Below, one piece after another: positions 54,375-64,000 of a stretch of 64,000 bases of DNA. The position numbers and the translations under genes were made by a program. The stretch spans positions 29,700,001-29,764,000 of the forward strand of contig NC_086118.1 of the NCBI RefSeq assembly GCF_963921235.1, given 5' to 3'. A model generated the notes under the pieces. It was given only the letters and a program-made list of their open reading frames with translations. It searched no databases and had not been told where the DNA came from. Position 1 is the first letter of the stretch; each line of letters opens with the position of its first letter. This stretch comes from Mobula hypostoma (lineage: Eukaryota).

Positions 54375-54862
54375 ATTTAACAAGGTTACCAGAAGTAACA
54401 GACAGGATAGACAAAGGAGAGTCAGTTGATGCTATTTACTGAGATTTTCAGAAGGTTTTTGACAAGTTCCCACACATGATGCTGCTAAACAAGAGCTCAT
54501 GGTATTACAGGAAAGATACCAGCCTGAATAGAAGATCGGCTGACCAGCAGGAGGCAAAGAGTAGGGATAAAGGGAGCTTTTCTGGTTGGCTGCCAGTGAC
54601 TAATAGTGTTCTGCAGAGGTTAGTGTTGGTATTGCTTTTTTACATGTTACAGTATATGTCAATGGTTTAGATAATGGAATTGATGGCTTTGTGGTCAAGC
54701 TTGCAGATGATATAAAGATAGGTTGAGGAGAAGGTAGTGTTGAAGAAGCAGGGTGACTGCAGCAGGCCTGAGACAGATTAAAAGACTGGGCAAAGAAGTG
54801 GCAGATGGAATACAGTGTAGGGAAGTGTGCTGTCATGCATTATGATAGAAGGAATAATGGTG
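54375..54862 (+). mobile_element. CR1 RT fragment
   Basis: gattttcagaaggtttttgacaag..tttgtggtcaagcttgcagatgat. Confidence 0.85.
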
Positions 54863-57459
54863 TTTAAATCTCAGAAGCTGGTGTGGTTGGGAGCATCTCG
54901 TAACAATCTTATGCCTCTTTTGGAGCCATTTCTCTTTACACTGGTTTGACCAGCCCAGAGTGATGTCAGTAGTCCAATTAACTCTTGGATTGGGGGATGA
55001 AAGCTAGGGATGACTCAGAATGAGTGGTATTTCTGGGGAGCGAACGAGATGTAGACAGATTAACCTTCAGCTTTGGATACTCCATCCTTTTCATGGACTC
55101 TCGTCACTGTATGATTGAGCCAGCATGGACCCAGTGGGGTATCAGAGTCTGTCGTCCACTGTGACCAGCCGCAATGAAGGTACTTCCAGACAGAGCCTGG
55201 AGATTCATGACCTCCAGGCAGCTATTGGTCAATTTTTGCAAGGAGGAAACCGGAGGTCACTTGGGAGAATCAGTCAGTCCAGCTCTAGACCCAGTACATC
55301 TTCCAAACCTGGAGAGATTCGACAGTAACCTGGGTTTTTGCCGTGACTTCCTCATTTAATGCTTGCTAACATTTGAGCTTCATCATCCCGGTTCCCTTCA
55401 GAGCATGGAAAAGTGGCCTTCATTCTCTCTCTCCTGACTGGAAGAGACCTGGACTGGTCCACTGCGCATTGGGAACTTAGGTCAGAGTTCTGTGCGGATT
55501 CAGAGGAGTTCATGGCCGCCATGAGGAATGTGTTTCATCACCCTGCCGGAGCCAGCCAAGCTTCAGACTGCTTGATGTAGATTCGACAGGGGGGATAGTC
55601 AACAATCGGCTATGCGATTGAATTTTGGACCTTGCCCCGGGAGAGTAGTTGGAACAGGGAGGTTTTGGCCACACTACACTGCCACAGACTCCAAGATGAA
55701 CTGAAGGACATCTCAACTTGGGAGAACCAGCAGAGAACTCAGAGGTTCTCATTGACCAGACCATCTGCCTCAATAATTGCCTGGCAGAGCAAAAGTGAGA
55801 CCACTTCAGGAGGTCAAAAAGAGCCCCCCAAGCCCAGCCCCTACACAATGCAGTTTCACTCCCTAACCTTGGGCCATGACCAGTCTGTTTCCTGTCCAAG
55901 ATCTAGTAGAGCCCATGAATGTTGATTGCACTAGACTCTCAGCCAATAAGAGGACCCAACATTGGAGTCAATGTTTCTGCTTTTACTGCGGGGAAGCAGG
56001 TCACCTATGGGCCGAATGTCCAAAGCTGCAGCCACCTGGGGAACTGCCAAGACCATCCGGTGTTGGGAGGACAGTGATGGTAGCAACCACTATGCCGAAT
56101 CCCACAGATGCTGGTGGAGTTCACCTGGGGTAAGAAATTGAGGCAGGTGAAGGCTTTTGTGGACTCGAGGGCTGCGGGTAATTTTCTGGATTTTAAGACA
56201 TCCCATTGGTTTGACATACCACTGTGAGAGTTGAGCAAGTCTTTGCCCGCAACTGTCTTGGACAGACAATCACTAGGTTCCGGGCAGATCGAGCAACAGA
56301 CTGTGGAGTTGCAGATGAGGATAGGGGATTATGTGGAAGACATTAGTTTCCACATTATTGACTCACCACTCATACCCCTGATCCTTGGTATCCCTGGCTG
56401 TCCCAGCATAACCCATTCGTGGACTCAAGAGAGGGGAGAACCATTACTTGGTCCAGTCGTCATAAGAGGTTTCGTTTATGGCATGGTGTTCTGACACCCA
56501 GACTTTCTAGTGACTAACAACCTATTAAGGGCAGGATTCGGTGCAAGGGAACCTGAGACCTTCTGGAAACCTAGTCCAGTCCTCAAGAGTTCAGAAGCCG
56601 GTTCTGGCCAATGGAATAGCGTGAGTCCCGACAAAGTAGTTGGAATCCCACAGGAAATACAGTATAGAGAGAGAATTTCTAGGCCAGGGCACTCTATCAG
56701 CCGCAGAGAGAAAAACCATGGGGGACTACTTTCAAGTAGCTCTGCAGTCTAGGATTATTCAACTGTCCACATCTTCCACTGGGGCTGAGTTTTCCTTCAT
56801 CACCAAGAAGGATGGTAGACTAGGGCCCTGCATAGACTATAGGGGGCTAAATATGATCACTGTTAAAACCCGGTACCCCCTCTCTCACTCTCTGTCTCTC
56901 TCTAAACAAGGCCTTCGGGATTCTTCAGAGAACTGCAATATTTGCCAAATTGGACCAGTGGTGTCTACAACTGCATTCGTGAGAGAGACGAATGGAAAAT
57001 GGCACTCAACACATCTACGGGCCACCTGGGTCATACCTTTCAGGTTGGCAAACGCTTCAGCAGTATTTCAAGCCTTCACCGATGATATTCTCTGGGAAAT
57101 GCTACAAAACTTTGTGTTTGTCTCCCTAGACAACAAACTAATTTTCTCCTGGTCCGCTCAAGAATAGATCCAGCACTTTAAGCGGGATCTACAACAGCTT
57201 CTTGAGAATCAGCTATTCAACCAACTTGAGAAGAGTGAATTCCACATATCCACAACACAAAATAATCTGCAGATGCTGTTGTCAAAGGAACACTCAAAAC
57301 ACTCTGAAGAACTTTCTTCAGAGTAAGGGTGTAGCTATGGGAACTCGCATGGGACCCAGCTACGCCTGCCTCTTCATTGGTTATGTGGAACAGTCTGTGC
57401 TCCAAACCTATTCTGGTACTGCTCCCCAACTTTTCCTTCAATACATTGATGACTACATC

Positions 57460-57495
57460 TGTCCTGAAGAAGGGTCGCAGCCTGAAACGTCGACT
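57460..57495 (+). ncRNA. Minimal hammerhead motif inside the PLE RT
   Basis: gtc-CTGAAGA-agggtcgcagcct-GAAA-cg-TC-gac. Confidence 0.7.
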
Positions 57496-58700
57496 GTACC
57501 TCTTCCTAGAGATGCTGCCTGGCCTGCTGTGTTCACCAGCAACTTTGATGTGTGTTGGTCTATCTCTGACACTTCTCTCCCCTTTCTCGATCTCTCGGTC
57601 TCCATCTCTGGAGACAGACTGTCCACTGACATCTTCTACAAGCCCACTGACTCTCATAACTACTTCGACTATATCTCTTCCCACCCTGCCACATGCAAAA
57701 ATGCCATTCCCTATTCCCAGTTCCTCCGTCTCCGCCGCATCTGCTCCCAGGATGAGGCTTTCTATTCCAGGACATCTCAAATGTCCTCTTTCTTTAAGGA
57801 TCGTGGTTTCCCTTCTACGGTGATCAATGATGCCCTCACCCGCATCTCCTCCATTTCCCGCACTTCGGCCCTCACCCCATCTTCCCGCCACCACAACAGG
57901 GACAGAGTTTCCCTTGTCCTCACCTACCACCCCACCAGCCTCCGGATCCAGCACGTTATCCTCCGCAACTTCCGCCACCTTCAGCAGGACCCCACTTCTA
58001 AGCACATCTTTCCCTCTCCACCCCTCTCCGCTTTCCACAGGGATCGGTCCCTCTGCGACTCCCTGGCCCACACGTCCCTCCCCACGGATCTCCCACCTGG
58101 CACTTATCCCTGTAAGTGCAAGTGCTACACCTGTCCCTACACCTCCTCTCTTGCCACCACTCAGGGCCCCAAACAGTCCTTCCAAGTCAGGCAACACTTC
58201 ACTTGCGAGTCTGTTGGGGTCATCTATTGCATTCGGTGCTCCCGGTGCGGCCTCCTCTACATCAGTGAAACCCGACGCAAATTGGGGGACCGCTTCGTCG
58301 AGCACCTCCGCTCCATCCGCCAAAACAGACAGGATCTCCCAGTAGCCACCCACTTCAACTCTGCTTCCCACTCCCATTCAGATATGTCCATACATGGCCT
58401 CCTCTACTGCCATGATGAGGCCAAACTCAGGTTGGAGGAGCAACACCTCATATACCGTCTAGGTAGGCTCCAGCCCCTTGGTATGAACATAGAATTCTCC
58501 AACTTCCGGTAATTCCCTCCCCCTCTCTTCCTCTGTCCCTATTTCACATCACCTCCCTCATAGTTCCGCCTCCTTCTATTGCTGCGCATTGTTCTCCTGC
58601 CAATCACCTCCCTGCTTCCCCTTCCCCACCCCTTTGTCTTCAAATTACTGTTTTTTTCAACTACTAGCATTCTTCAAACCCTCCCCAAAGTTCTTCCTTT

Positions 58701-58736
58701 AGTCCTGACGAAGGGTTTTGGCCCGAAACGTCGACT
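58701..58736 (+). ncRNA. Minimal hammerhead motif in the PLE 3' terminal repeat
   Basis: agtc-CTGACGA-agggttttggccc-GAAA-cg-TC-gact. Confidence 0.8.
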
Positions 58737-61700
58737 AATCTTTTCAACTGATGCTGACTGACCTGCTGAGTTCCTCCAGCACATTGTGAGTGTTCCACAT
58801 ATCCACAGTCTTCTTCCTTGTGTTTGTTATATTTAATGGCAACCTTCAAATGGATCTTGATAAGACCCATGCCATGCAGAATTGGCCGCAACTCACCTCT
58901 GTGAAACAACTCCAATTGTTTCTAAGTATTGCCAACTTCTACAGGCGGTTCATCCGCAATTTCAGTTCAGTTTAATTCAATTTTAGCTCACCAACCTTGC
59001 CCTTCCATTGGACCCTGGAGGCCAAGGCAGCTTTGCAGAGGTAAAGCAAAGGTTCACCTCCACACCTATCCTAGTTCCACTGGATCTGGGCTTACCTTTT
59101 GTGGTGGAAGTCAACGCATCAGACATGGGAGTAGGAGCCACCTTGCCCCAATGACCTGCCTTGGATAACAAACTGCATCACTGTTGCTTCTATTCAAGAC
59201 ATCTTTCTTGCATAGAGACAAACTACAACATCAGGAATTAGGAATTATTGGCTGTTAATCTGTGACTGGAGGAGTGGAGGCACTAATTGGAAGGGTCCGA
59301 ACATACATTTATGATATTGATTGACTAAACAACCTAGCCTACATCCAGGATTCAAAGAGGCTGAATTCTAGACAAGCATGTTTGTCCCTATTCTTTTATA
59401 GATTCAACTTCCTTATTACTTACCACCCGGGATCAAAACATCAAAAAACAGACACCCCTCTCTCGACAGTTTGAAGAACCTGACAGGAAAAAGAACGCTT
59501 CAACAGTAATTCGCAGCTCTAGAGTGGTGGCACCCATCCACTGGAACATAGACTTGATAGTCCACCAAGCCCAAGAGCAACATGGGGCAGAGCTGGGTAG
59601 TGGCCCTCCTGGATGTATCGTTAGGAGGTGCTCAATTGGGTCATACATCAAAACCTGGCTGGGCACTTGGGGTGGCTCACACCCTAGAGTTTGTCAAGAG
59701 ACGTTCCTTGTGGCTAGTCATGACTAAACATGTTTGGAAATATATTCTTTGTGTGTGAAATCTGTGTATGAAATAAAGAACCCTGAGCACAGCCTCAATG
59801 TCTTCTTTCTACAGACTTTGTCACTGATTTTCTGGCATCTCAGGGTAATTTGGTAATCATAGTGGTCATGGGCTGATTCTCCAAGGCCTACCACTTCATA
59901 GCCCCTCCTAAACTACCATCATCTTCATGGATTGCCAAACTCATGTTACAGAATTCTCAATCCCACTCCCCCCCTACCCTGGACATCATCTCCAATCTCA
60001 GCCCTACGTTTCCCTCTAGGCTTTGGAAGGCCCTTTGTGAGCTCATTGTTGCCTCTTCCAGTCTGCCATCTGGGTTCCATCCGTAGACTAATGGGCTATT
60101 GGAGAGGGTTAACCAGGATCTAGAGAGAACAGTCAGATGTCCAGCCTTGGGAAACCCTACCACCTGGAGTGAAAACCTGATCTGGGATAAGCTTGCACAC
60201 ACAGAACACACTTCAGCATCTGGCTTTTGGGATGTGCCCTTTGAATGTCAGTTTGGGTACCATTCTCCGCTGTTCCTGGTACAGGAAGCAGAGGTTGGGG
60301 GTTCCATCAGCAGATCAACTTGTCCAGAGATGTCGCCAGAAATGGGTTAAGGTGAGAGAGACATTGTGGCCAATTTGTAGCAACAATGAGACCAGCCCAA
60401 ACACCGGAGAAGATAGAGACTAGCATTTCTTCCCAATCAGCAGGTCTGGCTCTCAACTAGAGATCTCCCCACATAGGGTGAATCCAGAAAATTGGCCCCT
60501 CGTTACATCAGTTCATTTAAAATCCTGTGACGTGTCAACCCAGTTACCTATTATTTCCAACTCCTGAGCATCATGCAGATTCACCCCACATTCCATGTTT
60601 CTGCCTAAGGTCCTTGAGTGCCAGATCCCTGGGTCTGGCTCCCAAACCTCCACCACCCCCCAGAATTGAGGGATAACCTACCTACACAGACTTTTGGACA
60701 CCCGCATTATTCGAGGTAAAAGGCTGTGGATTGGGAGGGATATGGCCCAGAAGAGAGAAGCTGGATTTCTTCATGGGACATCCTAGACCCTACCTTAATA
60801 AAGGGCTTTCACCTGTACTATCCTGATTGCACTGGGCCATCAGGAGCCAGGCATGGAGTGGGGGGTGGTGGTGGTTCTGTCATGGTCCCAACTGAACAGT
60901 TGCAGGCATCCAAGTTTCATCACTCCAATTCCCCAGAGTATGGTTAGCTACTGCTCTCCCTTTGAGACTGAGTCTGAGTTAATTCTAGACCTTACTCTGA
61001 ACTTGGGTTCACCAACATCTATAGCTCACCCGTTACACCAAATGACTCGACCACTTATAGTATTATTTTGAAATATTTTGATTCTACTGTAACCTGATGA
61101 TCTGAAATTCATTGAGAACCTCATAGCCAGTTTTTGTATTATCATTTGCAAATATTTGTATCATTGGTCCTATATTAAATTTTAAACCCTATACGTTTTG
61201 GACTTCAATACTAACCCCCCTTGACTCTCAAGGCTAAATATGCACATTTGTTTTCCTTCTGGTTCCTTTGGCTACATTTTTGGCCTATTCTTGCTTGCAA
61301 TTATGTTACTCCCACACAGTTTCTTTTTCTTCAGGCTTGGAAAACAGTAATAAAACAGCAGCAATAAAGGGACAAAGGGAATATAGAGAAGCTGACAGGC
61401 ACTCTGCCTTGCTAATTATCAACACAAAAGCAGATCTAGAATAGGATTCAACTTTATTACATGGTGTAAGATGGATTCTATTCCTTTGATGTTCTTATTC
61501 CACATGTCTGAGACTGATAGAATGTGGGGTATGGAGTATCAGATATTGTTGAAATCAGAAAAACAGTAGACTGAAAAGTGCCATGATAACAAGAAGGGGG
61601 AAACAGTATAATTTTTGTTCATTATGTAGCTGTAAAGGTGACCTAAAGTAAACCTGAATTTTGAAAATCTACATTAATAATTCAACTTTCTGGATCATTA

Positions 61701-63809
61701 GGTGCTAACTGTACAATGTTACACTCAGGGAGTGTCCTCCTTTCTGTCAGTATCCGTACAGCTTAGAAACAAGGAACTGCCCATTGGCCTCATTATAACC
61801 CATAAATTTGCATAAATATATTTAAATATGTAGCACAGTCAATTCCCTGTATAATCGCACAGGCACCATCTTTCTGTGCTGCTGGTCTTTTAAAAGCAAA
61901 CACTAAGAGGCCTCTGCATTGCTTTAGTATAAAAATGCATCCTTAAAGCTGAGGATGAATGGTTTTGGGAAAGCTATATTTTATTTGTTGTTTCTAAGTA
62001 AAGTATTAATATTTCTACAATGTTTTGATTCTTTGTTAAATGATGAGATGAAATTCATTTGCAGACCTCTAGATTTGGTATTACTGATGTTCCTACTGGT
62101 TATCACCGCCCCCCCACCATCTGTAACTACCACGTGTACGTCTCATTGCTGACTTGCATTTTGAGTAATAAAATCCCAAATATAGTTGTGCCCACTTTTC
62201 CATCTCTCCTTCATGAAAGGGTATCTGCCAGATGTGTATCAAATGGAATTTGCCCGATGTGTATTATCTTGAACAAGGACGGTTTCATGTAGATTACCCA
62301 TTTACAATGATGTAGACCAGTGCTCATTTTGTTATGGAACAAAATCTGCAGCATAGGTTTAGGGCAAGGGAAACATGATTTAGTGAGAATTTGAGGAAAA
62401 GGAAGGATTAAAACCTGGAACCCACTGCCTGAGTTCGCTGATAGAGGCAGCTACTCTCATAACATTTAAAATAAAACATTTAGATGAGAATTTGAATTGC
62501 CATGGCATCGAACGTTATAGCCTCAGTGCTGTGAAACAGGATTAATATAGGTAAGGGCTTGCTGGCCTATAGGTGAGTGGGTCTGTCTCCATGCTGTACA
62601 ATTCAATGAACTGCTACTTCTGCCGTAGAGATAACACCAAAAGTGAGTAAAATCATGCTTCTCCTTGTTATTATAACTGAAAGAAATTAAATAAAACATA
62701 GTAACCACAGGGTGCCATCACTGGAAGCTATATCTGCCTTTCAATATAAAATTAGTTGTGTTGCCATAAATACTAATTTTTAAACTGTATTAGTGACTTT
62801 CAAAATCTCAACCCTTAAAATCTAAATGGGGCTAAGAGCTCCCATAATGGGGAATCACACCTCCCAAAAATGCCTATGGGTATTGTGATATTTGGTTAAC
62901 ATGTTTGTCGTTCATGCAGCATGCCAGTGTTTGCAACCTGCTCACTTCAGTAGTTTAAGTCTCCAGTCAGTGCTACTGATCAACTGGAAGCATCAGCCAA
63001 ATGTTGCAAAGCCAGGCCTACTTGATACCATCTTGCATTGCTTAAAGCTCGTCCATATCTCTGAAAGGATTGGTTTCCAGTGGCAACCTGTAAAGGATGT
63101 ATGGTCTTTGTAAGTCATTTCTTTTAGAATGGATTGCCTTGTTGACTATCCTTGTGCGAAAATGGATGGCAAGCTTCAAGCAATTGCACAGTCCTTCAGT
63201 TCCAGCTTCAAACATTTCCACGTCTATTTGCAAAATACTCCATCTTCTTTTCTGAGGCTGCAGTTGCATTAAAAGCCTTCTGCCACAACCTCCACCTTTT
63301 TCACCAGCTTGTCCTATTTATCTGTCTGGTCATTTTTCTGGATGTGTTGTCTTCTCAGGGGAACTTCTAGTAATATATCTGTCTGGAATGTTTGTGAAGA
63401 AACTTGGCAAGCAAAACATCTTTCCTATATATTTTTGTAATTTGTAATTTGAAAAAGCTATAGTAAAGGTGAACACAAAATCATGGTGACAGACAGTAAA
63501 AGAATCAACCAACAATTAATCTTTACTTAGTGATGTGTCTGTTCTATGGCATTGATAGAGATCCCTTGTTGCTTTTTCAACAAGGTTAAGAGTACATCAG
63601 CTAGAATTTGGAGCTGCAAAGGGTAATGCTATTATCAAATAAATCTTATTTACAGATTGATCTGTCAATTATATCTGTTCACGACAAATGTTCACCATCA
63701 AGTGGTAACTCTGAAATGCTATCTCAGATCTCTTCCTGTGTAATGAGACAGGTAAAATTAATAGTCTTGTAGCTGGGATCCACTTGGAAAGAATGATCAC
63801 ATTTGATAT

Positions 63810-64000
63810 TGTGACGTTCACTGATCTTAGCAATTAACTTGGAGACGTTTCATCACCAACCAAGGTGACATCCTCAGTGCACAGTTGTTGGTGTTCCCCT
63901 CTGGGAGTGCTTGTGTTTACATTGCCCCCATTTGCTTGTCTCGGTCTTGCCAAATTTTGCCAACAGGGGCTATATAAACACAAGCACTCCAAGCACTCCC
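63810..64000 (-). mobile_element. Terminal repeat of a second PLE family with a hammerhead motif (about 63838-63882)
   Basis: Minus strand CTGAGGA-tgtcaccttggttggtgat-GAAAC-GTC; adjacent hairpin ggagtgcttgtgttta/taaacacaagcactcc. Confidence 0.65.

Larger units (their letters stand above)
57255..58792 (+). mobile_element. Penelope-like element (RT 3' half plus GIY-YIG), 15-bp TSD ttccacatatccaca
   Basis: QSKGVAMGTRMGPSYACLF, YIDD, LPFLDL and GVIYCIRCSRCGLLYISET; stop at 58512; TSD at 57240-57254 and 58793-58807. Confidence 0.95.
55105..61037 (+). mobile_element. Gypsy/Ty3 chromovirus (sushi-like) LTR retrotransposon, decayed; interrupted by a PLE
   Basis: gag start MDP, CCHC knuckle CFYCGEAGHLWAEC, protease VDSRAAGNF, RT KKDGRLGPCIDYRGLN, RNase [15 protein letters not shown], integrase, chromodomain [11 protein letters not shown], and a polypurine tract then TG at 60878. 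Confidence 0.92.

Noticed and set aside
54865..55105. 5' LTR matching 60878-61037
   Set aside because: I could not align the two regions, so the LTR pair and its TSD are unsupported.
57217..58377. 386-aa minus-strand ORF
   Set aside because: Antisense shadow of the C-rich PLE ORF.
61335..61443. Possible MGAT5B exon 3 (acceptor followed by LENSNK...)
   Set aside because: Lacks the expected GPESRGVLRKMSD sequence, runs into a stop and has no good donor. Exon 3 probably lies beyond the window.

Overview
Repeat-dense vertebrate genomic DNA, most likely from a cartilaginous fish; this is inferred from the CR1, Penelope and HE1-like SINE repertoire. The only host gene I recognise is MGAT5B (GnT-Vb/IX), with its first two coding exons on + at 37311-37393 and 40001-40128; the rest of the window appears to be intron 2. 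A CpG-rich promoter-like island at about 14.4-15.3 kb has a 34-bp GC-box minisatellite and splice donors facing both ways. The remainder is mostly decayed mobile DNA: CR1, Rex/Babar, RTE and Hero-like non-LTR elements, a Tc1 transposon, MITEs, SINEs, a chromodomain Gypsy element and many Penelope-like elements (PLEs). The most notable structures are: (1) minimal hammerhead ribozymes in PLE terminal repeats, including a near-perfect fold-back insertion with a ribozyme on each strand and a 15-bp target-site duplication (TSD); (2) an ITS2/28S rRNA 5' fragment fused to a SINE-like body with a LINE-like tail; (3) a PLE inside the Gypsy RT with an in-frame ribozyme cassette from another subfamily; (4) a four-level nested retrotransposon stack. 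All assignments were made by eye, with no database searches.
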